From: an uncultured Armatimonadia bacterium | Lineage (GTDB): Bacteria > Armatimonadota > Zipacnadia > Zipacnadales > UBA11051 | Assembly: GCA_964390495.1 (NCBI GenBank) | Contig: CAYMIN010000008.1 | Location: 92,831-156,830, forward strand | Reading direction: 5' to 3' | DNA: 64,000 nucleotides | In this document: piece after piece, positions 9,774 to 19,998 of the stretch | Layout of the letters: each line of letters opens with the position of its first letter | Numbering within the stretch: the stretch's first letter is position 1 | The notes under the pieces: model-generated | What the model was told of the DNA's origin: nothing | Seen by the model: the letters and a program-made list of their open reading frames with translations, nothing else | Databases searched by the model: none | Translations under genes and position numbers: made by a program

Positions 9774-10550
9774 ATGGCCTTCGACATAGCAGCCGTGGAC
9801 GCGGCGCTGGCCGGCCAGAGCATCACCTGGTCGGTCGAGTATGTCGCGGAGACCGGCTCGACCAACGAGGACATTGTGCGGTTGGCGCGAGCCGGGGCTG
9901 CAGAAGGTGCGGTGCTGGTTTGCGGGCATCAGGCCGCCGGCTGCGGACGGCAGGGCCGGCAGTGGCTCGACCGGCCCGGGCAGGACTTGCTCTTCTCGGT
10001 GCTGCTGAGGCCGAACTTGCCCGCACGCGAATATGGCATGCTCTCGCTGTTGGCGGCAGTGGCGGTCGCGCAGGCGCTCACCGAGCTGACGGGCAGTCAA
10101 TTCGGGACCAAGTGGCCCAACGATATTGTAATTAGCGGACGCAAAGTCGCCGGCCTGCTCCTGGAGGCCGATGCGAGTGCCGGGTATGCGATAATCGGCA
10201 TTGGCATCAACGTGCTGGGCGCGGCGGATAGCCTCCCCGATGGCCTGACCCAGCCGGCTGGCACGGTCCATGAGGCCACAGGCGTCGAACTCACCCGCGA
10301 AGAGCTACTGGCCGCCATACTGGGCAGGCTCGGCAAGCTCTATGAAGCCGTGGCCGACGAGGGCTGGCAAGCACTGCTGTCGGATTATCGTCAGATAGAC
10401 ACGGTTGTCGGCAGCCAAGTGAAGCTGGTAAGAGGGCAGGAGACTGTTACGGGAATGGCGGAGCGCATTGACGAGGGGGGCCGTCTGGTGATTGCGGGCC
10501 CGGCCGGCCGGATAGTTGCTGACGCCGGTGACGTGCATCTGGTACAATAA
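9774..10550 (+). CDS. birA: biotin--[acetyl-CoA-carboxylase] ligase, catalytic and C-terminal domains only (no N-terminal HTH)
   Basis: BPL motifs GRQGRQW and KWPNDI, and the ~255-aa length. Confidence 0.7.
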   Translation: MAFDIAAVDAALAGQSITWSVEYVAETGSTNEDIVRLARAGAAEGAVLVCGHQAAGCGRQGRQWLDRPGQDLLFSVLLRPNLPAREYGMLSLLAAVAVAQALTELTGSQFGTKWPNDIVISGRKVAGLLLEADASAGYAIIGIGINVLGAADSLPDGLTQPAGTVHEATGVELTREELLAAILGRLGKLYEAVADEGWQALLSDYRQIDTVVGSQVKLVRGQETVTGMAERIDEGGRLVIAGPAGRIVADAGDVHLVQ

Positions 10551-10558
10551 AGGCGATC

Positions 10559-11845
10559 ATGTCACATATCAGCACAAATCAAAAGCACGCTCTAGCGGTT
10601 CCCTATGCTGTGGCGATTTGTTGTTGCGTGTTGGGTCGCCCACAATGTTTTGCGGCAGGAGTGGAGCCGGGCGCCCCGCTGCTGACACAGTGGCGACAGG
10701 CAGTTGTCGAGCGAGTTCAAGGCTACGGCGAACGGCGCAAGCTGGCAGACTTCGGCTGGCCTAGAGGCCAGCTATGGCCCGGAGTCTGTATCGCCGGGAG
10801 CCGGTTGGTATGCCCGGCCTGCGCCCACTCGCAGGACGAGGAGTTGCGGGCATGGGCTCGGAAGATGGAAGCCAGGACTATCTGCAACTGGGATGATGAT
10901 CGCTGGCTGCAGTTCTTTGAGGTCTCCAGAGACGAGCGAACCCCGCTCGGGGCCTTCCGTACGTCCGACGTATGCGTCGAGGACGGCGATTTTAGGCGGT
11001 ATTGTGTGGTTGCCGGAGGCGATTCCCTCTATGCTTTGTTCCTGGATTGGTACCGGCCAATCATCAAGCACGCTTACCGTTTCGTCCCCGGCCAGCCGCC
11101 TCAGGAAGTCCCAATTGAGGCCATACCCAACCGCGAGAGCATCCTTTTGGTAGATTCTGGGCAATGCTATGGGTGTCCGAGCGAATATCGGCACTATGAG
11201 GGCCCGATCTCTCTGGTTGACGCAAATGGCTATGTGCATGCACGGGCTGTGCTGCCTGCAGATTGGGGGCTCTACGGCAGCCCACTGCGCAGCATCAAGG
11301 ACACTGGCGAGCGGTTCCTGGTCGCCTTGAAGGGCGCCGAAGTATCTCACTGGCCGCGTCACGAAAGCTATCTTGAGAAGATGCTGCTGATGGAGATTAA
11401 GCACGGGGTCAAAGAGCACGAGCCGGCGGCGTGCACACTGTTCGTCTCGGCCACAGAGCCGATCTTGCAGCTCTTGCCTGCGCTCGAACCCGAACGGGCC
11501 GAGATTATGGATATCGCGTTTCTGGGGGATTCAATCTACGGTCGCCTGGCTGTGAAGAAGGTGACCAGATATAGGTTCATCAGGGAGCGCGAAAAGCTCT
11601 CTTGCATTGAGCTTTGGGCGTACCGGAACGGGCATGGAGCGGCCTTGGTTGATCTGATCGCCTGGTACGCTGGGCCGCACCAGCATTTCCACTACTGGAC
11701 AGATACCTACGGGGCGATTCACGAGACGATAATCCAGCGCAAGGGCCACTGGAATCCTCATTGGCAACTGGTGCCGGTCCCCTCAGGACCGGAGTGGTTC
11801 CTGTATGCCCGCGAGGACGGTATCTGGCAGGTGAAGCTGCCGTGA
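10559..11845 (+). CDS. hypothetical Cys-rich protein with a probable signal peptide; no recognisable domain
   Basis: Hydrophobic N-terminus (ALAVPYAVAICCCVLG) and Cys pairs CPAC / CYGC. Lies 8 bp after birA and 6 bp before the TPR-CE4 gene, which suggests co-transcription. Confidence 0.4.
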   Translation: MSHISTNQKHALAVPYAVAICCCVLGRPQCFAAGVEPGAPLLTQWRQAVVERVQGYGERRKLADFGWPRGQLWPGVCIAGSRLVCPACAHSQDEELRAWARKMEARTICNWDDDRWLQFFEVSRDERTPLGAFRTSDVCVEDGDFRRYCVVAGGDSLYALFLDWYRPIIKHAYRFVPGQPPQEVPIEAIPNRESILLVDSGQCYGCPSEYRHYEGPISLVDANGYVHARAVLPADWGLYGSPLRSIKDTGERFLVALKGAEVSHWPRHESYLEKMLLMEIKHGVKEHEPAACTLFVSATEPILQLLPALEPERAEIMDIAFLGDSIYGRLAVKKVTRYRFIREREKLSCIELWAYRNGHGAALVDLIAWYAGPHQHFHYWTDTYGAIHETIIQRKGHWNPHWQLVPVPSGPEWFLYAREDGIWQVKLP

Positions 11846-11851
11846 CTGCGC

Positions 11852-13804
11852 ATGGCTAGCGCCTTGGGAGAACATTCATCCGCCAGGTGGCTGCTGGGCA
11901 TGGCGGCCTGTTTGCTGGGTGCCCTGTGGCTGCTGCCGGCGTCCCCGGCTAGCGGCGCCTCGGCGCTGACTGAGGGTGGCCGGCTGCTCACCGCCGGCAA
12001 GTACACCGAGGCCGAGGCGATTTTCCGCGAGGCCGACCAGCAGGATGCTCAGTGCGCGGTGGCCCGGGCCGGTCGCGGCGCCGCGCTGCTGTTCAACGGC
12101 GATGCCGAGGCCGCCGACGAGGCTTTTACCGAAGCGCTGGCGCTGGACCCCAACTGCGTCTCGGCGCTGTTGGGCCGGGGCGCGGCCCAGTACTACCAGC
12201 GGCGCATCCAGGACGCCATGGCCTCATATCGCCAGGCGCTTGCCTATGACACGCCGTATCGGCCGCAGATCCGCGCCTGTGTCGCCCATCTGGCCTGCAC
12301 GGCCGGCTTCTATCGCGCCGCCGAGATGGAGAGCCAGAGCGCCCTGGCGGCTGATGAGGACTGCGAGCTTGCCTGCCAGGTCTTGGCCGCGGCTTGCCTG
12401 GCCCAGCAGCGCCCGGCGCCGGCCCTGAAGGCCCTGACCCAGCCGCTCGGCGAGACCGCCGCCGCCTACCCCGGACTGACGGCCCAGTCGCCGATCTTCG
12501 CCCCCGTCACGGCCTACTATGCCGATCATGGGCTTGACGAGAGTGTGCGTTTGGCGGCTCTGGCCCACGTGGGGGTACACTCCACGGCGCAGGTGGCGCA
12601 GTATATCCAGCCCGCGCCGGTGGAGTTGGGACCTGAGAATGCCCACGGATTGCAGATCCAGTGGCCCAAGCCTGGTGCTCGTGTCAGTGGCGCCATCGAG
12701 GTCAGCGTCGCCGCCCCGGCCGACCTACAGATAGACTATATCACCCTGCTGCTCGACAACCGCTTCGTGGGTATCAGCAACAGCCAGCCATACCGGGTTT
12801 ATGTGGACACCCGTCTGGGCGACGAGGGCCTCCAGCAGCTCCGCTGTGAGGCCTACGGGCCGGACGGAAAGATTGTTGCGGAGGCTTCGCTGCTGATTAC
12901 TGTAATCAATGGCAGCCGCACGCTGATGGCGGAGGAGCTAGCGGCTCGGGCCGAGCTCGGTCTGTTCCTGCAGCACTGCCTGCTGCTGCGCGCCGATCCG
13001 CTGTTACGGTCCCAGCTTTGTGGCCGGGCTTTGGAGATGGCCGGGCGGATGCCGGAGGCGTTGGCTGCCTATGAGTACGGTTTCTCCTACAATCCCCAGC
13101 TCCCTAGTCTGCGCGCTGATCTGCTCTTGGCCTACCACCAGCTAGGCCTGCTGCAGGACCGCCCGCAGGAGATTCACCGCCTTAGCACCGGCGGCCGACG
13201 CATCGCTTTGACCTTTGATGACGGCCCGCACCCGGTGCTGACGCCGGTGATACTTGACCTGCTCGACCGCTACCATGCCAAGGCCACCTTCATGCTGGTC
13301 GGCAAGCAGGCTGAGACCTATCCCGAGCTGGTCCGGCTGATCGTCGAGCGGGGCCATGAACTGGGCAATCACTCTTACAGCCATCGCAATCTCACCCGCC
13401 TCAGCCAGCTTGAGATCGAGCGCGAGCTGGTGATGACACGCCAGGTCATTCGCCGTGCCTGTGGCGAGTTCGTGACCCTGTTCCGTCCGCCGGGCGGCCA
13501 TTACAACGCCTGCGTGCGCCAGGCCGCCCAGATTACCGGCTTCACCACCGTCTTCTGGAACGAGAACATCGGCAGTTACAAGGGCCGCCCTGCTGATGAA
13601 ATCTGCCAGTCAATGCTTACCAAAATCGGCCATAGCAACATCATCCTCCTTCACAACGGCTATGACGAGACTCCTGAGGTTCTGCCCCTGCTGCTGCCCG
13701 AGCTGCACCAGCGCGGCTATCGCATGGACACGGTATCGGCCCTGACTTCGCATCAGCCATTCTCGCTCAGCGACCTGGCGGCTAGCGCGCCGGTGGGGTG
13801 GTAG
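11852..13804 (+). CDS. TPR-repeat protein fused to a polysaccharide deacetylase (CE4/NodB homology) domain
   Basis: N-terminal signal peptide and TPR-like repeats. C-terminal NodB motifs (TFDDGP, HSYSHRNLT, LLHNG). Confidence 0.7.
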   Translation: MASALGEHSSARWLLGMAACLLGALWLLPASPASGASALTEGGRLLTAGKYTEAEAIFREADQQDAQCAVARAGRGAALLFNGDAEAADEAFTEALALDPNCVSALLGRGAAQYYQRRIQDAMASYRQALAYDTPYRPQIRACVAHLACTAGFYRAAEMESQSALAADEDCELACQVLAAACLAQQRPAPALKALTQPLGETAAAYPGLTAQSPIFAPVTAYYADHGLDESVRLAALAHVGVHSTAQVAQYIQPAPVELGPENAHGLQIQWPKPGARVSGAIEVSVAAPADLQIDYITLLLDNRFVGISNSQPYRVYVDTRLGDEGLQQLRCEAYGPDGKIVAEASLLITVINGSRTLMAEELAARAELGLFLQHCLLLRADPLLRSQLCGRALEMAGRMPEALAAYEYGFSYNPQLPSLRADLLLAYHQLGLLQDRPQEIHRLSTGGRRIALTFDDGPHPVLTPVILDLLDRYHAKATFMLVGKQAETYPELVRLIVERGHELGNHSYSHRNLTRLSQLEIERELVMTRQVIRRACGEFVTLFRPPGGHYNACVRQAAQITGFTTVFWNENIGSYKGRPADEICQSMLTKIGHSNIILLHNGYDETPEVLPLLLPELHQRGYRMDTVSALTSHQPFSLSDLAASAPVGW

Positions 13805-16536
13805 CTGCCTTGAGAATGCCTCAGCCGACCTTGTCATTTTTCTTCGCGTCAGCGCTTCTCATCGGCCTGCTGCTTGCCGCTTGGGGGCAGGCTGCAGCCG
13901 CGCCCGCTCTCGACCCGGTATTCGTCAACTACCTGGCTCAGCTCGATTACAACCACGCCCAGTTCGTTGATGCCGGTGTCATAGATTTCTCCTATCTCCA
14001 TGGCCGTGAGGCGGGCCGGCGCGGCTTCCTATTCACCGGCACCGACGGCCATTTCTATTTCGAGGACGGCACTCGGGGCAGATTCTGGGGCCTGAATGTC
14101 GCCAAAGATTCGGTCTTTCAGCCACCGGAGCGCATTGACCAGGCCGTCGCCGCCATCTCCCGGGCCGGCTTCAACCTCGTCCGCATCCATCATATTGACG
14201 GCGTGGAGGGGCTGCTGCCTCTGGAGCGTGCCGGTGATCCCCAGCGCCTTGACCCCGAGAAGCTCGACTGTGTTGACTACTGGATATTCCGGCTGAAGCA
14301 GGCCGGCATCTATGTCTATCTCGACTTGCTCGATTTCCGGACCTTCAGCGAGACCGAGGGTGTTACCAATGCCGCTGCGCTGGGCCGTGCCGCCAAGCCT
14401 TACGCCGTCTTCGACAATACCCTCATCGAGCTGCAGCAGCAGTATGCCCGCCGGCTGCTCATCGAGCACGTCAATCCCTACACCGGTCTGACCTACGCCC
14501 AGGACCCGGCCATCGCCATGATCGAGATCTGCGACGAAAACGGCCTCTACTTCGCCCGCAAGCGCTGGGGCGATCTGGTCGAGCCGTACCGCAGCCAACT
14601 GCGCCGCCAGTTCAACCAGTGGCTGATCGAGCGCTACGGCGACACCCCGACCTTGGCCGAGGCCTGGACTGATGTCGAGGGCCATGAGGGGCTGCTGGCC
14701 GGCGAAAGCCTGGAGGAAGGCACGGTCTGGCTGTTCCCGGAGGCCGGGATGCCGGCCAAGTTCCCGGCGGCCCAGGCCGGCGAGAGTCAGCGCCTGCAGC
14801 GTGGCCGTGCCGCCGACCGCCGCCTGTTCATCAACAGCGTACATGCCGAGTATCTGCGCCGCCTCAGCACCTATCTGCGCCGTCGTGGCGTCCAGGTCCC
14901 GATCACGGCCGTGCTCGACTTCAACCACGTCGCCGACATGCGCACCGTGGCTGACCAGCTCGATTTCATCGGCACCAATTTCTACTACGACCATCCCTCC
15001 TGGCGCGCCGGCAACGAGTGGCATCTGCCGGCCTTCCATGAGGACCTCAATCCGCTGGCTGATACCCGCACCGAGACCTTCATCCCTCGCACGCTGGTCA
15101 GTCGCGTATGGGGCCGCGCCTCGGTAGTGCGCGAATGGAACGTGTGCTGGCCGAATCGTCACCGCGCTGCCGGTATGGTCGAGGCCGCCGCCTACAGCGC
15201 CCTCCAGGACCTCGACGCGGTGATACTCTTCACCTATGACCTGCTCGATGCCAAGCACCGCGTGGAGTTTTTTGATGTCCGCCGCGATCCCACGCGCTGG
15301 GGCCTGATGGGACTTTGCGCTCGTATCTTCCTGCAGGGCGACCTGCGACCGGCTCGCTACCGCGTCGCGATGGGCTTCTCCAAAGTGGACAGCTTCTATC
15401 CCACCTGGCAGCCGATGCCCACGGAGGCCTACAAGCTGGGATGGGTCTGTGGATTCCACACGCTCTTTTTCGACGAGAAGGCTCCCGCCGGCGGTCCGGA
15501 CTTGCTGATGGCCTCGGGCCGCTCCGCCGGCGGCGTCTATGACCGCGACAATACGCTCATCTGCAGCAACTGGGACGCCGAGGACCTGCTCGACCACCAG
15601 CGCGACCAAAGCCTCGAGCACAAGAGCGGCTATCAGGTCGCGACCGTTCCCGGAGATTATGTTTATTACACCTTCGGCGGCACCATGTTCTCCGCCGGCC
15701 ACAAGGACCGCTTGCAGACCGATCCCGCCTTCCTGGTGGCGGATGTCAAGGCCCAGGACTTGCGCCCTATCGGCATTGATGCCGCCGGCGAAGGCTGTGT
15801 CGGCTTTCGCGATGTGCGCCGCAACAATTATGTATTCCGACGGCTCACGGCTCATCAGAAGCTGCGGGTGGCGCTGGATGCCCTCGGCCAGATCTTCGGC
15901 GCACCCATTTCCCACGATTACGTCAACACCGGTGTGTACAGGTCCGATACTGGCCAGATTACTCGCGACCTCAACGCCGGCTTGCTGAGGGTTGATGCCC
16001 CTTGTTTGCACGCGGTGGCGGGCGCTCTCAGCAACTCCGCCGGGGCCAAGACTTCGCAGTTGCAGGTGACCACTGCCTCCCCAACCGGCGCGGTTATCTG
16101 GGCAAGTCTTGACGGCAAGTCGCCTACGGCGTCGCAGCATTGGGTACTCAAGATGGCGACGGTGGCGGCCAATACCGGCCAGAGCATGAGGCTGCATTAC
16201 TCGAACGCTGAGAAGACCGTCTATGTGCTGGAGCAGCTGGGTGACGCGCCGATTACGACGCTGGCGGAGAAGACCTCGCGGCCCACGGTGGTATCCCTGG
16301 CCGGGCGCGAGGTCTTGCGCATCTATCTGCAAAACGGCACCTGGGAGTTGGTCTATGAGCAGAGCCGCTATTACCTCTCATGCGACACCGCCGGTGTGCA
16401 GGTGGAGCTCCCCGGCTTAGGGCCGACGGTCAGCGTGGCTGCGGTAACTGATGGTGCGCCCGCATCGCCGCAGTCACAGCCTCAGCCCTTCGCCTATCCG
16501 CAGGCCTTCACCTTAGTACTGGTAACTCGCCCTTGA
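13798..16536 (+). CDS. large secreted TIM-barrel glycoside hydrolase-like protein (clan GH-A / GH5-like), 912 aa
   Basis: Signal peptide (FFFASALLIGLLLAAWGQAAAAPA). N-terminal region FWGLNV..GFNLVRIHH resembles GH-A TIM barrels. Overlaps the upstream gene by 7 nt. Confidence 0.45.
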   Translation: MVAALRMPQPTLSFFFASALLIGLLLAAWGQAAAAPALDPVFVNYLAQLDYNHAQFVDAGVIDFSYLHGREAGRRGFLFTGTDGHFYFEDGTRGRFWGLNVAKDSVFQPPERIDQAVAAISRAGFNLVRIHHIDGVEGLLPLERAGDPQRLDPEKLDCVDYWIFRLKQAGIYVYLDLLDFRTFSETEGVTNAAALGRAAKPYAVFDNTLIELQQQYARRLLIEHVNPYTGLTYAQDPAIAMIEICDENGLYFARKRWGDLVEPYRSQLRRQFNQWLIERYGDTPTLAEAWTDVEGHEGLLAGESLEEGTVWLFPEAGMPAKFPAAQAGESQRLQRGRAADRRLFINSVHAEYLRRLSTYLRRRGVQVPITAVLDFNHVADMRTVADQLDFIGTNFYYDHPSWRAGNEWHLPAFHEDLNPLADTRTETFIPRTLVSRVWGRASVVREWNVCWPNRHRAAGMVEAAAYSALQDLDAVILFTYDLLDAKHRVEFFDVRRDPTRWGLMGLCARIFLQGDLRPARYRVAMGFSKVDSFYPTWQPMPTEAYKLGWVCGFHTLFFDEKAPAGGPDLLMASGRSAGGVYDRDNTLICSNWDAEDLLDHQRDQSLEHKSGYQVATVPGDYVYYTFGGTMFSAGHKDRLQTDPAFLVADVKAQDLRPIGIDAAGEGCVGFRDVRRNNYVFRRLTAHQKLRVALDALGQIFGAPISHDYVNTGVYRSDTGQITRDLNAGLLRVDAPCLHAVAGALSNSAGAKTSQLQVTTASPTGAVIWASLDGKSPTASQHWVLKMATVAANTGQSMRLHYSNAEKTVYVLEQLGDAPITTLAEKTSRPTVVSLAGREVLRIYLQNGTWELVYEQSRYYLSCDTAGVQVELPGLGPTVSVAAVTDGAPASPQSQPQPFAYPQAFTLVLVTRP

Positions 16537-16614
16537 GATTCTTGCAGGAAGCCGCCTGTCGGAAGATGAAATGGAGGCTGCACCAGGTAGTTCGCAATGT
16601 GCAGGGAGGACGCC

Positions 16615-18024
16615 ATGTCAGACTCGCGGTTCGACAATGTATCGCCGCTGGACTTCCGCTACTACGGTCCCGATGACCGGCTTCGGGCCATGCTGGACCC
16701 TTACGTGACCGAGCGGGGTCGCGTCCATAGCGAGGCAATGGTCGAGGCGGCCGCGGTCGCAGTCCTGGCCCGTCGCGGCGTCTGTTCGCAGGCCGTGGCC
16801 GATGAGGTTGCCGCCGCTGCCGAGGCCGTCTCAGCGGAGGCCGTGGCCCATGAGGAGGCGCGCATTCATCACAATATCCGCGCTCTGGTCAACGTCCTGC
16901 GCAGCCAGGTCAGCGATGCAGCCAAGCCCTACGTGCACCTCTGCCTGACCAGCTTTGATGTGATTGACACGGCGGTGGCGTGGCGGCTGCAGCAGGCGGC
17001 TTACCGGGGGATACTTCCACAACTGGCCGAGCTTCAGCGCGTGCTGCTAGACCTGGCCCGCCGCGAGGCCGACCGTCTTCAGATCGGTCGCACCCACGGC
17101 CAGCATGCCGTCCCGATTACCTTCGGCTTCGCCCTGGTCGGCTTTGTCAGCCGGCTGGGCGGGCGGATCGAGGCAATTAAGGCGGCCGCCGACAACCTCT
17201 GCGGCAAAATCAGCGGAGCCGTCGGCGCCTACAATGCCAGCGCCTTGTTTTTCGATGACCCGGATGCGTTCGAAGCCGAGGTCTTAGCCGAGTTGGGCCT
17301 CAAAGCCTCGCCCAGTTCCACGCAGATAGTCGAGCCGGAGCCGGTGGCTGATTACTATCATGCGCTGATCTCCACTTTCGGCGTCCTGGCCGATCTGGCT
17401 GATGACATGCGCCACTTGCAGCGCACCGAGATCGCCGAGGTGGGGGAGAAGTTTGAGGCCGAGCAGGTTGGCTCCTCGACCATGCCGCACAAGCGCAATC
17501 CCTGGAACTTCGAGAATGTCAAGAGCATGTGGAAGGCCTTTATGCCCCGGATGGTCACGGTCTATGCCGACCAGCTCTCCGAGCACCAGCGCGATTTGAG
17601 CAATTCGGCTTCCTCGCGCTTCAATCCGGAGATAATCGTGGCCCTGGCCAACAGTGTCCAGCGGCTGAGAGGAATCATGTCGAAGCTGGTCACTGACGAA
17701 GCGCGGATGGCGCGGAACTTCGCGATGACTTCGGGGATGGTGGCCGCTGAGCCGGCGTACATTCTGCTGGCGGCGCACGGTCATCCCGACGCTCACGAGA
17801 CGATGCGCAAGCTGACCTTACAGGCTCAGGCCAGCGGCCGGCCGTTGTGGGACCTGCTTTGCGAAGACGAGGCCTTGGCTCCTTACCTGCAGCAGTTGAC
17901 CGAGGCGCAGCGGGCGATCTTGCAGGACCCGGCGGCCTACACGGGGATTGCGGCCGACAAGACCAGGGCCCTGTGCGACGACTACGAGCGCCGCTTAGCG
18001 GTACTGATGGACGAGCTAGAATGA
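16615..18024 (+). CDS. purB: adenylosuccinate lyase
   Basis: N-terminal VSPLDFRYYG and the signature GSSTMPHKRNP, both as in E. coli PurB. ATG at 16615 is preceded by GGGAGGA; the ORF opens 6 codons earlier. Confidence 0.8.
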   Translation: MSDSRFDNVSPLDFRYYGPDDRLRAMLDPYVTERGRVHSEAMVEAAAVAVLARRGVCSQAVADEVAAAAEAVSAEAVAHEEARIHHNIRALVNVLRSQVSDAAKPYVHLCLTSFDVIDTAVAWRLQQAAYRGILPQLAELQRVLLDLARREADRLQIGRTHGQHAVPITFGFALVGFVSRLGGRIEAIKAAADNLCGKISGAVGAYNASALFFDDPDAFEAEVLAELGLKASPSSTQIVEPEPVADYYHALISTFGVLADLADDMRHLQRTEIAEVGEKFEAEQVGSSTMPHKRNPWNFENVKSMWKAFMPRMVTVYADQLSEHQRDLSNSASSRFNPEIIVALANSVQRLRGIMSKLVTDEARMARNFAMTSGMVAAEPAYILLAAHGHPDAHETMRKLTLQAQASGRPLWDLLCEDEALAPYLQQLTEAQRAILQDPAAYTGIAADKTRALCDDYERRLAVLMDELE

Positions 18025-18133
18025 CAAGACTGTTGCGTAGCGCTACGCGGCCGGCGACTGTGATGGCGAGTCCAGTCAGACCTATAATCCATAATCGCAG
18101 CGGTCGGGTGTTTGGCCCACCTATCCCCCTTTT

Positions 18134-18406
18134 GCTTCCCCCTTCCCGGGTACCCACGCCAAAGGCGTGGGTGAGGAAGGGGGTTAGGGGGTTAGGAAAC
18201 ATAATTGCGTGGGTCGGGCAAGCCGAAAGGCAACGTCTCAGCCTTTTGGCGCGTAGGTCGGGCTTTCCAGCCCGACGCCGTTGCCTTTGAGTCGTTTGGA
18301 GGGGCCGCATACGAGGCGGAAGCTTAGCTTCCGCCGAGAATCCGGCCCAGCCGTTGTCGTTGTCCCCTCTCCCTGGGAGAGGGCCAGGGTGAGGGCCGCC
18401 GTTGCC
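18134..18406. repeat. repeat cluster: module C (cccccttcccgggtaCCCACGCCaaagGCGTGGGtgaggaaggggg), module D (gcgtagGTCGGGCtttccaGCCCGACgcc), then composite X-B-A
   Basis: C recurs at 20480 and (degenerate) 37600. D recurs at 20558/20598 and 27951. X-B-A recurs at 9019. Confidence 0.75.
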
Positions 18407-18468
18407 CCGTCGCTTGCGCCCGATTGCAGACATAGTCATACCTAATCCCCTCAACAGGGAGGTGGCCC

Positions 18469-19986
18469 GTGTCACTGCTAGGCCTTGACATCGGCAGCAC
18501 CGGCGTAAAGGCGGTCGCCTTCGATCCCCAGGGCGCGATCGTGGCCCAGGCCTACCGTGAGTATCCGGCGCAGTACCCTAGGCCTGGCTGGATTGAGTTG
18601 GACCCCGCCCAGGTCTGGGATGCTATCTTGGCCGTGCTCAACGAGATTGCCGCGAGCACCGCCGGCGATCCGGCCCAGGCCTTGTGCATGTCCACGATGG
18701 GGGAGGCGATCACCCCAATTGACGCCGACGGGGAGTACCTATACAACACCATCATGTCGGCTGACGGGCGCGCGCTGTCGCAGGCCAAGTCATGGCGCGA
18801 AACGCTAGGGGCCGAGCGCGTTTTCGAGATCACCGGCATGCCGCTGCACCCTAGCTTCTCGATCAACAAGCTGATGTGGCTGCGCGAAAACCAGGCGCAG
18901 GTCCACCGGTGCGTCAGCAAGTACCTGATGTGGCCGGACCTGGTGACTTTCAAGCTGGGCTTGCCGCCGCGGATTGACTACAGCCTGGCCGGGCGCACGA
19001 TGGCGCTCGACATCAGGAAGAAGCAGTGGTCGCCGGAGATGCTGGAGGTCGCAGGCATAGATATGGAGCTGCTGGCCGAGCCGATCGCTCCGGGCGAGGT
19101 AATCGGCCCACTCGGCTCTCGGGGGGCCGAGCTGACCGGTTTGCCGGCGGAGTGTCTGGTGGTCGCCGGCGGCCACGATCAGCCGATGAATGCTCTCGGC
19201 GGCGGAGTCATCCGTCAGGGCCAGGCGGTTGACGGCATGGGCACCGTCGAGTGCGTCACCACCGCCTTCGAGGAGCCGATGCTCACCGCGCCGATGCGCA
19301 AGTGGAACTACTGCTGCTATCCACACGTGGTCGCGGGCATGTATGTCACCCTCGGCTATAATTACACTTCCGGCCGTCTGCTGCGCTGGTATCGGGACAA
19401 TTTTGCCCTCTACGAGACCGCCCAGGCCCAGCGGGAAAGAGTTGACGTCTATGATGTAATCGTCTCCGATCTTCCCGCCGCGCCCACCGGCGTGCTGGTA
19501 CTGCCTTACCTGGCCGGCTCCGGCACGCCCTATCTGGACCCTGAGGCCAGCGGCGCCTTTCTGGGATTGACCTTAGCCGCCGATCGCAAGACCGTGGTCA
19601 AGGCGATTCTCGAAGGCACCTGTTACGAGCTGAATCTGAACCTAATTCGGATGGCCGAGGGCGGCGTCAATATCGGCCGATTGCGGGCCACCGGTGGCGG
19701 CAGCAAAAGCCCGCTGTGGCTCCAGATCAAGGCTGACATCACCGGCCGCGAGGTCGTCACCCTCAATGTCAGTGAGAGCGGCTGTCTGGCCGGGGCGATG
19801 CTGGGCGGCGTGGCGGCCGGCGTCTATCGTGATTTGCAGCAGGCCGTCGCCGGCCTTGTCGAGGAGCAGGATACTTACCAGCCGGACCCCGCCAGGCATC
19901 GGCAGTACCAGCAGCTTTTCGCGATCTACAAAAACGCGTGGCCGGCAATCGCCGAGCTGGCCCACAAGCTTCGCCGGCAGGAGTGA
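18469..19986 (+). CDS. FGGY-family carbohydrate kinase (xylulokinase-like)
   Basis: N-terminal LGLDIGSTGVKAV and a C-terminal FGGY domain (GGGSKSPLWLQIKADI). GTG start with GGGAGGTG RBS. Confidence 0.7.
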   Translation: MSLLGLDIGSTGVKAVAFDPQGAIVAQAYREYPAQYPRPGWIELDPAQVWDAILAVLNEIAASTAGDPAQALCMSTMGEAITPIDADGEYLYNTIMSADGRALSQAKSWRETLGAERVFEITGMPLHPSFSINKLMWLRENQAQVHRCVSKYLMWPDLVTFKLGLPPRIDYSLAGRTMALDIRKKQWSPEMLEVAGIDMELLAEPIAPGEVIGPLGSRGAELTGLPAECLVVAGGHDQPMNALGGGVIRQGQAVDGMGTVECVTTAFEEPMLTAPMRKWNYCCYPHVVAGMYVTLGYNYTSGRLLRWYRDNFALYETAQAQRERVDVYDVIVSDLPAAPTGVLVLPYLAGSGTPYLDPEASGAFLGLTLAADRKTVVKAILEGTCYELNLNLIRMAEGGVNIGRLRATGGGSKSPLWLQIKADITGREVVTLNVSESGCLAGAMLGGVAAGVYRDLQQAVAGLVEEQDTYQPDPARHRQYQQLFAIYKNAWPAIAELAHKLRRQE

Positions 19987-19998
19987 GTGTAACTCACA

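Noticed and set aside
14029-16332. 767-aa minus-strand ORF antisense to the 912-aa glycosidase gene
   Set aside because: It shows the same high-GC artefact pattern (GGAARGHQQVRTAGG-type composition). The plus frame has a signal peptide and a GH-like N-terminal domain, and it is in operon phase with its neighbours.
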